A stretch of 64,000 bases of DNA, taken from the NCBI GenBank assembly GCA_016185725.1, contig JACPNA010000042.1, positions 1,681 to 65,680 of the forward strand, given 5' to 3'. A program made the position numbers and the translations under genes. Below the pieces are notes generated by a model, which ran no database searches, had not been told where the DNA came from, and worked only from the letters and a program-made list of their open reading frames with translations. Below are positions 9,716-19,796 of the stretch, in pieces. This stretch comes from Candidatus Woesearchaeota archaeon. Lineage in GTDB: Archaea > Nanobdellota > Nanobdellia > Woesearchaeales > GW2011-AR9. Every line of letters starts with the position of its first letter. Position 1 is the first letter of the stretch.

Positions 9716-10417
9716 TCATTTTGTCGCAATAATTATCATCATTTTTGAGAGTATTAAATTATTAGTCCTGTTATATAATATTAAGATATATCTTAAGAAA
9801 AAATTACATAAATTCAATGTACTTTGATAAATATAACCTTTCAAACCAATATTAAAACTTTCTTCTTTAATTATAATTTTACTAAAACCAGATAAAGACA
9901 GAACTTGTCGAACACTTTCGTATGAGTAATAGGTAGTATACGTAAAATCATTACTCATTGATCTTAAACAAAAAGGATTTGTAATGGAAGGAGTTCTTAG
10001 CAATATAACCCCATTTGAATTTAAAGCCTGCTGAATAGCTTGGAGATATATAATTGTTTCCTCTTTGGGTATGTGAGCAATGACATCACTTAAAAATATT
10101 AAATCATAAGTATTCTTATGTTTTTTTAAAAAATCAAGTGTATTATATACTAGTTTTACTTTTGAAGTAACTTTTTCTTTAACAAAATCAACTTGTTGTT
10201 TTCCTATTTCAATACCAAAATAATTAGTATAACCTTCTTTCTCAAGATACGCCAGAAAAGAGCCTCGACCAAAACCAATTTCCAGTATCTTACTGCCTTT
10301 ATCCTTGGGTAAATACAGACCATAATTAATTTTAATGTATCTTAATTCTAAAGCTATTCGTGTTTCATCAAAAAAAGAATAGTAATCCTTTGTATATTGG
10401 TGCCAAATATCTGTCAT
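9716..10417 (-). CDS. Class I SAM-dependent methyltransferase
   Basis: It contains motif I ILEIGFGRGSF and has 233 aa. Confidence 0.65.
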   Translation of the reverse strand: MTDIWHQYTKDYYSFFDETRIALELRYIKINYGLYLPKDKGSKILEIGFGRGSFLAYLEKEGYTNYFGIEIGKQQVDFVKEKVTSKVKLVYNTLDFLKKHKNTYDLIFLSDVIAHIPKEETIIYLQAIQQALNSNGVILLRTPSITNPFCLRSMSNDFTYTTYYSYESVRQVLSLSGFSKIIIKEESFNIGLKGYIYQSTLNLCNFFLRYILILYNRTNNLILSKMMIIIATK

Positions 10418-10450
10418 AATCTATATTTATTTTATTAATGATATAAAAAA

Positions 10451-11425
10451 CTATTGTATTAAAGATCGACTCTTTTTAATTTTTAAAAAACCATATGCCC
10501 CTAATAAGAAAGCGTACATTAATCCAAAAACGTGAAAAGCTAATCCCGATACTATTGATTGTTCCTTTGCAAAACCAAAAAACAATAAAACTAGGACCCA
10601 AGTCCCTTCCGTTGTGCCAAACCCCATAAATCCCTGTATTGGTAATAAATAAGTCAACATAGTTAAGCCAGAACCCAATACAAAAACTGAAATAGGAATT
10701 TGAATAAAATAGCTAACAACTATAAAATCAGCCAACAAAAGAAATGACCACAACAATAAAGAAATGATAAACATTTGAAAAATTAATTTTTTAGATTTAA
10801 TCATATCAAAATGTTGTAGTGTTTCAATAATTTTTTCCATTATTTTTCTAAGAAATAATAAAGATTGTTTTCCCCGTATTCTTTTCATGAAATTTAGAAT
10901 AGAATTGCGTTTAAAAATTAAAAGATAGATAATTAATAGCAGTAGAAAGCAAAAAAATAAAGCAAAATAATTAAAAAAGATATTACTTTTAGGAGTAAAT
11001 AACAATGAAATAGAAAAGAATAATAAGATTATTACCATGTCAAAAATTCTCAAAATTCCTAATGTGAACAAGCCTTTAGTCCCCTCTATACCTTCATTTT
11101 TAAGCAAAAAGATATGCGAAAATTCTCCCATTCTCCACGGCAAAACATTATTTAAAAAATTATGGATACAAGTAATATCAAATATTTTATAATAAGATAT
11201 ACTCTTCTCAAATAAAATGTAGGTGCGCAATGATCTTAAAATATTTCCTATTAAATATAAAATAAAGGATATTAATATAACATGCCATTTTAATTGAGAA
11301 AACACTGAAAATAAAAAATCCACAGAAATGCTTTTAAATAGTACCCACAAAATAGCTAAAGTAATAAATAAAGTTGCCAAAAAAACAAAAACTTTATTTG
11401 ATCTATTTTTTTTTACTTCCGCCAT
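10451..11425 (-). CDS. Polytopic membrane protein, PF03706/UPF0104 flippase-like (LPG-synthase TM-domain family)
   Basis: It has about 8 TM helices and the motif LPWRMGEFS, which matches the P-G-x-x-G-x-x-E core of PF03706. Confidence 0.5.
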   Translation of the reverse strand: MAEVKKNRSNKVFVFLATLFITLAILWVLFKSISVDFLFSVFSQLKWHVILISFILYLIGNILRSLRTYILFEKSISYYKIFDITCIHNFLNNVLPWRMGEFSHIFLLKNEGIEGTKGLFTLGILRIFDMVIILLFFSISLLFTPKSNIFFNYFALFFCFLLLLIIYLLIFKRNSILNFMKRIRGKQSLLFLRKIMEKIIETLQHFDMIKSKKLIFQMFIISLLLWSFLLLADFIVVSYFIQIPISVFVLGSGLTMLTYLLPIQGFMGFGTTEGTWVLVLLFFGFAKEQSIVSGLAFHVFGLMYAFLLGAYGFLKIKKSRSLIQ

Positions 11426-11484
11426 TATTTAGTTAAATTGAACGCAAAGGTATATAAAGATTTAGTATTGTGGCCAAAAAGTGA

Positions 11485-12246
11485 ATGAATATGAAGAATG
11501 AATATTTTCCAGAAAAAACGGACTATCCGGATAATTTAGATATTATTAAGACAAAAAAATCAAAACAGTACTATAACGCCATAGAATCTTCTGCTTCAGC
11601 TTACTTTGATAGTCCCAAAACAGTAAAAAAACTATTTTTTAAACGCCTTACTGAAGTAATATCCCTTATTGGAGATAAAAAATATAACCTTACATTGGAC
11701 GCAGGAACAGGTATCGGCATTGTGCTTCCATATCTCAGTCAAAAAAGTCAAGAAATTATTGCTATTGATTATTCTGATATTGTTAATTATGCTGCTTTTA
11801 TGTGTGAAAAGAAAGGAATAAAAAATGTCTCTTTTCAAAAAGTAGATTTAAATAAATTTACTTCTAAAAACAAATTTGATTTAATACTTTGTCTTAGCGT
11901 ATTAGAACACATAGAAAATCCCGCAATCATTTTTGAAAAATTCAATGAAATTTTACATGAGCATGGAACTTTAATAGTGGGTTATCCTATCGAAACAAGT
12001 ATTGTCAAATTGTTTAGGCACTTAGAGTCTTATTTTAGAAAAAGCATTAACAAAAAAATCATAGAGGATAGTTACAAAAAAACGGAAGAATTCGCAGGTC
12101 ATATCTCTGACTGGAAGAAAATAGACAGAGCATTGATCAAGAACTTTAATATAGAAAAAAAAATAGATTTGAAATTCTGCTTCTTAAAATATTATGCAAT
12201 AAGAAAAGTGCACAAAAAAAAAGAAGATAACCTTCATGAAACTTAA
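11485..12246 (+). CDS. SAM-dependent methyltransferase (Methyltransf_11/23-like)
   Basis: It contains LDAGTGIGIV (motif I) and DLILCLSVLEHIENP (motif II/post II). Confidence 0.65.
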   Translation: MNMKNEYFPEKTDYPDNLDIIKTKKSKQYYNAIESSASAYFDSPKTVKKLFFKRLTEVISLIGDKKYNLTLDAGTGIGIVLPYLSQKSQEIIAIDYSDIVNYAAFMCEKKGIKNVSFQKVDLNKFTSKNKFDLILCLSVLEHIENPAIIFEKFNEILHEHGTLIVGYPIETSIVKLFRHLESYFRKSINKKIIEDSYKKTEEFAGHISDWKKIDRALIKNFNIEKKIDLKFCFLKYYAIRKVHKKKEDNLHET

Positions 12247-13894
12247 AAGCGAACAAATTTACATATTAATTATCTTTGGGATATTACTATTTTTAGGTTT
12301 TGCAAGTTTATTTAGCAATAAATTAACCCATGATTTCCCGCAAGGATTTAATGCTAACGACGCTTTTTACAAATACAACCGGGCCCATAATCTTGCAGAA
12401 ACTAGTAACTGGAAAAATATAGAAGAGTATACTGTCGAAGGAAGAAAAGATCTTCTTCAGGATGACAGCCCTCTAGCTTATGTACTCACAGTAGTTTTTT
12501 CAAGCAATTCAAAAATACCAGATTTTGATGCTTACCAATTGATAGGAATAATCTCTAAAATTTTAGCGGCGTTTATAATATATATGATTATTAGGAAATT
12601 CAATCCAAAAGTTGCCCTTATTTCATTGGTCATAGTGCCATTCATATTCATAAAAAACAATTTCATCTCTTTTTATTTTGGTTGGATTCCTATCACTCTA
12701 GCTGCTTCAATATTAATACTCCTCATCTGGCTCCTTTTAAACTTTGAATTGAAATCTGCATGGTTAATCTTAGGAATAATTATAAGTTCTGTCTTACTAA
12801 CACATCTTTCTGAATTTTATTACGCCATTCTTATTACAAATATAATCTTAATATATTTGCTAATAAAAAATAAAAACAGAAAAATCTTAACGAAAACAAG
12901 TTATGCTTTAGTGATATTTATCATTTTAACATTCTATTTTTTACCAATTTTTATCAATAATTCTCTTAGTTTAGCACAAGACAAATCTGTTGTTACTATT
13001 AGCGCACTCAAACAGCCATCCTTCCCCATAACCCTTCTTTCAGATTTTAGCTTCTTTCAATATTTCATTATTCTTGGTATCTTAATATCATTTTATTATT
13101 GCTACCAACACAAAGAAAAAATAATCTACTTTTTACCACTCTATATATTAATAATCATCTCTAACTTTCCTTTATTAGGCATGCACGATCGCTTTTATCA
13201 ATTACGCTATTTTTGGCCTATCATATTTATGATCTTCTTTGGATTAAGTATTTATTATATTATCAACTTAATTCTAAGACTAAAACCATTTAAAAATATA
13301 AATGATAATCTCCAAAACATTATTTACATCATCTTAACTTTATTATTTATTATATTATCTATTAACTTATATTACACGCCTCCCTCACCAAATAGCTTAG
13401 TAGTAAACAAAGATATGTGGGAGGGTATGCAATGGGTAAAAAATAATATTCCTGAAAACAAAACAATACTCATTGTTCATGGTGATAGTTATCAGCAACA
13501 TGGAATCTTCTTGATGTTTGGGAAAGTAATTCACCAGATAAAAGATGAAGATTATTATACCAAATTAAATTCTGGACAAATATCCAAAAATTATACTATT
13601 CGCAAATTTATTCACGGCTATGATTATTACAAAAGAACAGGATTTTTTACTTTTGAACCAGTTAAATTAGGTAAACCAGAATGGGAACAAACTCGTGGTT
13701 GGGAAGAAACCAATCTTTGCGATTTTGAATATTATGTAATCGACAAACCCAGTAGATTTCCGCAAGTAATAAATTACAACGCTAAAATAAGAGCAACATT
13801 ACTAAACAATAAAGATTTCACCGAAATATTTAGTAATGGATGGTATAGTATACTAAAAAATAATAACCCTGGAGCTGATTGCCTTGGAAAATAA
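12236..13894 (+). CDS. Large polytopic membrane protein with a C-terminal extracytoplasmic domain; putative GT-C-fold glycosyltransferase
   Basis: The 552-aa protein has more than 10 predicted TM helices followed by a soluble domain (MWEGMQWVKNNIPENK...). This domain is paralogous to the C-terminal region of the 14285-16273 protein. Confidence 0.4.
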   Translation: MKLKSEQIYILIIFGILLFLGFASLFSNKLTHDFPQGFNANDAFYKYNRAHNLAETSNWKNIEEYTVEGRKDLLQDDSPLAYVLTVVFSSNSKIPDFDAYQLIGIISKILAAFIIYMIIRKFNPKVALISLVIVPFIFIKNNFISFYFGWIPITLAASILILLIWLLLNFELKSAWLILGIIISSVLLTHLSEFYYAILITNIILIYLLIKNKNRKILTKTSYALVIFIILTFYFLPIFINNSLSLAQDKSVVTISALKQPSFPITLLSDFSFFQYFIILGILISFYYCYQHKEKIIYFLPLYILIIISNFPLLGMHDRFYQLRYFWPIIFMIFFGLSIYYIINLILRLKPFKNINDNLQNIIYIILTLLFIILSINLYYTPPSPNSLVVNKDMWEGMQWVKNNIPENKTILIVHGDSYQQHGIFLMFGKVIHQIKDEDYYTKLNSGQISKNYTIRKFIHGYDYYKRTGFFTFEPVKLGKPEWEQTRGWEETNLCDFEYYVIDKPSRFPQVINYNAKIRATLLNNKDFTEIFSNGWYSILKNNNPGADCLGK

Positions 13895-14279
13895 CACCCA
13901 AAACAACTATAATAATTTAAAAAACCAAATTAAATTAGATCTAAAAAGCTTTGGAATAACCACTTTAATTTTAATAGTTATATTTATTGGAATTTTCTAT
14001 AAAGAAAACATACTAACCACCATTTGGGTAGTTCTTTCATTCTTACTTACTTTCACTATACCTGGATTCATTCTTTGCTACTTGTGGCATGATCAATTAG
14101 ATTTTCTAGAACGTTTCATAATCAGCAATATGCTCGGTTTAATCTCCGTAGGTATCCTAAGTTATAATATTTCTATTTATACCGGTATTAACATTAAGAT
14201 TATCAGTATAATTACACCAATAATAGTAACTATCATTTCTGGATCAATAGTATATTTCACTGAAAAAAAAGAAAGATAA
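13884..14279 (+). CDS. Small membrane protein (4 TM), hypothetical
   Basis: The 131-aa protein is hydrophobic and is translationally coupled (11-nt overlap) to the upstream GT-C-like gene. Confidence 0.35.
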   Translation: MENNTQNNYNNLKNQIKLDLKSFGITTLILIVIFIGIFYKENILTTIWVVLSFLLTFTIPGFILCYLWHDQLDFLERFIISNMLGLISVGILSYNISIYTGINIKIISIITPIIVTIISGSIVYFTEKKER

Positions 14280-14284
14280 ACAAA

Positions 14285-16273
14285 CTAAACCACCTTCACA
14301 ATAACTCCCCCATTATTCTGATAAACAACCACAAATTTATCTTTACTATTAAAATAATCTTGAAACTTTCCGATAATAATTTCTTGGGTTTTATTGCCGA
14401 AATCGTAATATCTAAAACTCATTGAATCTAAAATAAAATATTCATATTTTTCTTTTTTCAAGAAATTATAAACATCCAAGGAACTTTTATTGATAAATCC
14501 TTCTCTCAATTTGATATTCTGTTCACACCAATCACAATTATCCATATCTAAACCAATCACTTCATTATTCTGACTTCCAGAAAAAGACATGACTTTAGTA
14601 TTTTTAGGTAAACTATTCAACCATAAATACAATTGCACTTCCTCCATAGACGTCCAACTTGCTCCCGGTGGCCACATTGCCGTATTCACCGCATATTTTT
14701 GTTCCCCAGAAGTATACCATAATCCAATTAACAGAACCATAACCAACACTACCCTCACAACTTTAATTTTATCGGGAACTAATTTAAGTATAACAAAAAA
14801 TCCTTCCGCACAAATCAACGCTGTCGGAATTGCTAATAATAACCATGTCCTAAACCCAAATAACCCGGGAATATTAAATGTAGCGCTATTCACAATTAGA
14901 AAAGCAATCAATAACCACCCTAAAATTACCACGGGATAATAACTTTTATTTTTATAATATTTTTTTGCTAACATTACCACCATAAAGACCGAAATGATTA
15001 TTAAAATAGTGATAATTATACCCCAACCAATAGGATTATTAATCATATTACCTGATTTTGCTACAAAAAAATCATCAAAAGTATACGCTTTTGTCGCACT
15101 GCCTAAATTAGGCTTGAAATAATTCTGAACGAAACTAACTATCTTATACACTAAACTGGTATCCCGCGAAACTAGCCCCGGATCCAAATCGCTAATCCTC
15201 CCTGCTCTCTCTGTAAAAAAAGAACCAATCTTCATTGCCCACCACGATAACGATAAGGCTATTCCAATCAACAAAGAATAAAAATGTTCTAACGGCCATT
15301 TGCGTTCAAAAATCCATTTAATCACAACATAAACACCAAAAAACAGCAAAAATTTAATTGCATGCTCTGGATGAACTAAAAATATGCCAGCAATTGCTAA
15401 AGCAGAAACAAACATCCACTTCCTTGCCTCCTTTTTACATTCTTCCATTTCCTCATTGCCGCCACCGCTGCTGCCCTCACTATTAATACATTCCAAACAA
15501 TAAAACGCCACACAAACCAAAAATGGCAGCAAACTATGCGCCCAAATAAAATGACTCAGATAAGAAGGAATCACCGTTAAAATAAATGTAGCCAATAATG
15601 CCTTCTTTCGACTCTTCATAAATTTCGTTGCAAAAAAATAAAATACAATAATACTTAACGAAATAATTAACGCATTAAAAAATTTAAGCGTCCAATTCAC
15701 CGAATCATTAGTCTGATACAAAACCGCCATCAGAATGTCATACGCTGGAGGATAAGGATCAATATATCGAAACAAATCCTTACCCGTGTAAGGCTCATAT
15801 GCTGTTTTTTCCAGAGCAATATATCTCACACTTCTCGCATGCTCCCACGGATCATCATCTTCTAAATAAGGATAAGAAAAAGCTCCCGTGTGATACATAT
15901 AAAACGTAAACGCAAATAAAACAAAAACTCCTAATAAATAAAGATCTGCTTTATCTAATTTTATTTTGTTTATTTTGCTTATTTCATTTAAATCATCTTC
16001 AAAATTAAATTTATTTTTAATAAAATACCGGCCCAAACAATAAACAGGAACAGCTAAACTAACAACTAAAAAAATTCTCCAATCTAAGGGAATATGTGCT
16101 AAATTCAAAACTGTTCCCAATACCACAAAAACAGGCAATCCTATGCCCATTCTCATCAAATTTCTTTCCCAAAAATTACCCCACTTCTTTATAAATAATG
16201 TAGCTGTAAACCCCAATCCCCATAAATAAACAAAAAATAAAATTATTGTTGTAATATTCATATTTAACCCCAT
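14285..16273 (-). CDS. GT-C-fold-like polytopic membrane glycosyltransferase candidate (OST/ArnT/PMT-like architecture)
   Basis: The 662-aa protein has a many-TM N-terminal region with an acidic first-loop motif (YPYLEDDDPWEH, DxD-like) and a C-terminal soluble domain. No WWDYG motif is present. Confidence 0.45.
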   Translation of the reverse strand: MGLNMNITTIILFFVYLWGLGFTATLFIKKWGNFWERNLMRMGIGLPVFVVLGTVLNLAHIPLDWRIFLVVSLAVPVYCLGRYFIKNKFNFEDDLNEISKINKIKLDKADLYLLGVFVLFAFTFYMYHTGAFSYPYLEDDDPWEHARSVRYIALEKTAYEPYTGKDLFRYIDPYPPAYDILMAVLYQTNDSVNWTLKFFNALIISLSIIVFYFFATKFMKSRKKALLATFILTVIPSYLSHFIWAHSLLPFLVCVAFYCLECINSEGSSGGGNEEMEECKKEARKWMFVSALAIAGIFLVHPEHAIKFLLFFGVYVVIKWIFERKWPLEHFYSLLIGIALSLSWWAMKIGSFFTERAGRISDLDPGLVSRDTSLVYKIVSFVQNYFKPNLGSATKAYTFDDFFVAKSGNMINNPIGWGIIITILIIISVFMVVMLAKKYYKNKSYYPVVILGWLLIAFLIVNSATFNIPGLFGFRTWLLLAIPTALICAEGFFVILKLVPDKIKVVRVVLVMVLLIGLWYTSGEQKYAVNTAMWPPGASWTSMEEVQLYLWLNSLPKNTKVMSFSGSQNNEVIGLDMDNCDWCEQNIKLREGFINKSSLDVYNFLKKEKYEYFILDSMSFRYYDFGNKTQEIIIGKFQDYFNSKDKFVVVYQNNGGVIVKVV

Positions 16274-16304
16274 TAACTAATCTTACTAATAAATTATAGC
16301 TTCA

Positions 16305-17018
16305 TTATTTATATTTTCCTAAAATAGTATTTACCCTTATCTTAAATAAATCATGCAACATTCGCCAAGAATCTTTTAAAAAATGAACCGTGCTACCCTT
16401 CTGATCAACCCAAGTTACTGGTACTTCCGCCACTTTATATCCATAATTCTTAGCTAAATAAAGCATTTCCACATCAAAAGCGAAACGGTCAATTGTCATT
16501 ATACTGAAAATCTTCTTGGCTGGTTCTGCTTTCATTAATTTAAACCCGCACTGTGTATCTTTAAATTTGAGACCAACAATAATATTAACGAAAAAAGGAA
16601 AAAATTGCCCTGCAAATTGTCTATATTTTGACTGTTTAACAACGATATTAGAACCCTTTAAATTTCGAGATGCAACAACGAAATCATAACCATCTAAAAT
16701 AGATTGATAGAGCGTATCCAATTCCTTCATAGGAGTAGCTAAATCACTATCCATAAATAATATAAAATCGCACTTTGCCCGTAGAACTCCTTTTTTTATA
16801 GAATAACCTTTTCCTTTATTAACACTATTTTTTAAGACAGTAATATATTTATTTTTTTGAATAGAAGAGAAAGTATTATCATTTGAACCATCATCAACAA
16901 TTATTATTTCATAAGAATTTATTTTTTCACTATTTTTTAAAAAATATATTACAGATTCTAATGTATTTTTAATTCTCTTTTCTTCATTATACGCCGGAAT
17001 GACAATTGATAGATTCAT
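16305..17018 (-). CDS. GT2 glycosyltransferase (dolichyl/polyprenyl-phosphate sugar synthase-like, soluble form)
   Basis: It contains MNLSIVIPAYNEEKRI...IIIVDDGSNDNT and DSDL (DxD), and has 237 aa. Confidence 0.8.
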   Translation of the reverse strand: MNLSIVIPAYNEEKRIKNTLESVIYFLKNSEKINSYEIIIVDDGSNDNTFSSIQKNKYITVLKNSVNKGKGYSIKKGVLRAKCDFILFMDSDLATPMKELDTLYQSILDGYDFVVASRNLKGSNIVVKQSKYRQFAGQFFPFFVNIIVGLKFKDTQCGFKLMKAEPAKKIFSIMTIDRFAFDVEMLYLAKNYGYKVAEVPVTWVDQKGSTVHFLKDSWRMLHDLFKIRVNTILGKYK

Positions 17019-17049
17019 TTTTAATTTCTTTAATTTTTAAATGTTTCTT

Positions 17050-18795
17050 CTACTCTTTATAGTAAATAGTCCAATAGGTCAAATTCTGGATAGAAAAACC
17101 ATTTTCTAAAAAATTATGCCCCCATCTATTATAAAACTCTGATTCATGATATCGATACACAACAACATAAATCGGAATATTTCTAACTCCTTTCAATTGT
17201 TCTGCCAAATTTTTAGCATTATAATCAACTGCTTCTAATGAATCTCTTCTATATTCAAACAAAGGAGCCTGTTGTTTAAAAACAAACGGATTATATCCTT
17301 GTTTTGCTCGCATAAATGTAAACATAACATAATCAGGATTATAATACCAAGACTTAGTTGGATTGGGAGTTTCCGAACTTCCTGTTCCTGGAGCATGCAA
17401 TAATATTTTAAAATCCTGCTTAGATTTCAAATAATCCAATAACTGATCATTCTTCTCTCCAGAATCTTGATATGTTTTATTATACATCCAGATATCAACT
17501 AAAAACAAAGAAACGACAAAAGTTAGTATCACCAAAAAATAAATTATTTTCTGGCGTTTCTTAAATGTTAAATCAACCAGAGAATATAATCCATATGCAG
17601 AAGCAATTATGACCAAAGGAAAAGCATGAACAATATACCTGATTTGATGATTAGACATTCTCAATGAAAAATATAAATAAATAGCTAAAAAAAACAAGGA
17701 GATAATAACCATCTGTTTTCTTGTTTCTTTATCCTCAATTTTACCTTTAATAAGCAAATAAATAACATAAAAGAAGAACAACGTAAAAAATAAAGTTCTT
17801 TGCAGATAACCATGAATCATATAGGTAAAATTAGAAAATAATGTGCCCCGCCCCATCCAAGGATAGTTTAAAGATAAATAATTTAGATCATGAGTGCAAT
17901 CTCTTATCTCTTGAGAAGAAGTTGTTATAATCCTCTCTAAAAAATGATTATCAAATAAATTATATTTTAGCCATTGATAACTAATTAGCAAAAACACCAA
18001 ATTTTGCAAAAAAGCAACAAATATAATTTGCAACGCCCCTGAATCACCCAATATTTTCCAATTTAGTTTATATCCCGCTTCTTTTTTATCCTCCCAATAT
18101 TTCGCCAAAATCAAATAAATAAAATAAATCACAAAAAAGATATCTATAAATAAAGCCCCCGAATATTGAATCAACGTAGCCAAAGTCAAAAACAATCCCC
18201 CTATTAAGATATTCCAACTAAAATTAACATAAAAATCCTTAAAAAACTTAATTCTATAATTTTTCTTGACCGCGCGTACAAATGTAAAATAATACCAAAA
18301 TAAAGTCATCATCGCAATTGGTATGGGTGCTAAAGCTTGAATAGCACTATACATATAAAATAAAGTTGACATTATTAAAATAATAGAAGAACTTAATGCT
18401 ACTATCTCTTTCTTTGTTGCGCGTAAAGCAATTATATATACTAAAATAGCGCTGATTATGGAACAAATCAACGCCATAAATCGTATCGCAAAAAAAGTTG
18501 GCCCAAAAATAAAATAAAAAAGAGCTCTGATAAGACCATCAATCGGCGGATCAATATTCGCAAACCAGCCCGCATTATATCCCATTTGTTGATATTTATT
18601 GACAAATTCATCAAAAGGAACATAACTATCAAATAGTATCGTTTTAATATAATCATGCCAAATCATTCCTCCTGCCGCATGTCTTGATTCGTCATAAGAT
18701 AATTGAATGGTATCAAAAGTTGCAGAAATCCAAAAACTATAAACTATTAAAAACAAAACCAGCACAATGACATAAGGAGATACCTTCAATTTCAT
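17050..18795 (-). CDS. GT-C-fold membrane glycosyltransferase candidate (ArnT/PMT, GT39/83-like)
   Basis: The 581-aa protein has about 12 TM helices and an N-terminal loop ...SYDESRHAAGGMIW typical of the ArnT/PMT family. It lies immediately downstream of a GT2 gene. Confidence 0.45.
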   Translation of the reverse strand: MKLKVSPYVIVLVLFLIVYSFWISATFDTIQLSYDESRHAAGGMIWHDYIKTILFDSYVPFDEFVNKYQQMGYNAGWFANIDPPIDGLIRALFYFIFGPTFFAIRFMALICSIISAILVYIIALRATKKEIVALSSSIILIMSTLFYMYSAIQALAPIPIAMMTLFWYYFTFVRAVKKNYRIKFFKDFYVNFSWNILIGGLFLTLATLIQYSGALFIDIFFVIYFIYLILAKYWEDKKEAGYKLNWKILGDSGALQIIFVAFLQNLVFLLISYQWLKYNLFDNHFLERIITTSSQEIRDCTHDLNYLSLNYPWMGRGTLFSNFTYMIHGYLQRTLFFTLFFFYVIYLLIKGKIEDKETRKQMVIISLFFLAIYLYFSLRMSNHQIRYIVHAFPLVIIASAYGLYSLVDLTFKKRQKIIYFLVILTFVVSLFLVDIWMYNKTYQDSGEKNDQLLDYLKSKQDFKILLHAPGTGSSETPNPTKSWYYNPDYVMFTFMRAKQGYNPFVFKQQAPLFEYRRDSLEAVDYNAKNLAEQLKGVRNIPIYVVVYRYHESEFYNRWGHNFLENGFSIQNLTYWTIYYKE

Positions 18796-18881
18796 TAATA
18801 AACCTTAAAACAACCATCACTCTTAAAACCTTCGAACTAAAGCATAAGATATATAAATAGTTTATTGTTTTTTTTAATCTC

Positions 18882-19796
18882 ATGAAAGTCACAAAAATTC
18901 AGGAAAGTAACCCCCTTTTAAACATAATAATAAGTATTCCTGCTTACAACGAAGAAGCAACCATTGGTCAGGTTATCCAAGATATCAAAAACACCTTAAA
19001 ATTAACCGATTACAATTACAAAATTCTTGTTCTAAACGATGGCTCTACTGATAACACTGCTGAAATATCAAAAAAAAATGGTGCTATTGTGATATCAAAC
19101 AAACGAAACCTTGGCTTAGCCGAAACCTTTAAACGTGAAATGCAAGAATTCCTTACATTAAAAGCGGACATAATTGTTCATACCGATGCTGATGGACAGT
19201 ACCCTTCCCATTATATCCCTGAACTAATTAAGAAAATAGAAGAAGGCAATGACCTTGTTCTAGGTAGCCGTTTTGGCAAAGGTAAATATGAAGGTTCAAT
19301 ATTAAAAAAACTAGGCAATATAACTTTTGCCAAAGTATTTTCCAATCTACTAAAAACTAACATAACTGATACAACTACCGGCTTCCGTGCTTTCACTAAA
19401 GAAGTAGCTCAATTACCCTTAATTAACAATTTTACCTATACCCAAGAACAATTAATTCGTGCAGGGAAGGCAAAAATGCACATTGCTGAAATTCCTATTA
19501 CTACCCAAGAAACTCCTCGTCCCAGTCGTCTTTTCAAAAACCCCTTTGATTACGCTATTAAAGCCTGGATTAATATTTTTAGAATTTATCGTGACTTTGA
19601 ACCTCTCAAATTCTTTGGTAGAATTGGTGCATTATTTTTAGGAGTGGGATTTTTATTAGGAATTTGGATACTTTATTTATGGTTAACAACAGGTTCGGTT
19701 GGCGCTTTGCCAAGAGTAATTTTAAGCATGCTTTTAATAACAACCGGAATACAGATAATGCTCTTTGGCTTTTTAGCAGATATGAATAAAAAATGA
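18882..19796 (+). CDS. GT2 glycosyltransferase with C-terminal TM anchor (polyprenyl-phosphate sugar synthase-like)
   Basis: It contains IISIPAYNEEATI...LVLNDGSTDNT and TDADGQ, and has two C-terminal TM helices. Confidence 0.8.
   Translation: MKVTKIQESNPLLNIIISIPAYNEEATIGQVIQDIKNTLKLTDYNYKILVLNDGSTDNTAEISKKNGAIVISNKRNLGLAETFKREMQEFLTLKADIIVHTDADGQYPSHYIPELIKKIEEGNDLVLGSRFGKGKYEGSILKKLGNITFAKVFSNLLKTNITDTTTGFRAFTKEVAQLPLINNFTYTQEQLIRAGKAKMHIAEIPITTQETPRPSRLFKNPFDYAIKAWINIFRIYRDFEPLKFFGRIGALFLGVGFLLGIWILYLWLTTGSVGALPRVILSMLLITTGIQIMLFGFLADMNKK

Noticed and set aside
14589-14939. 116-aa plus-strand ORF inside the 662-aa GT-C-like gene
   Set aside because: It is a shadow ORF on the opposite strand of a long, well-formed membrane protein ORF.
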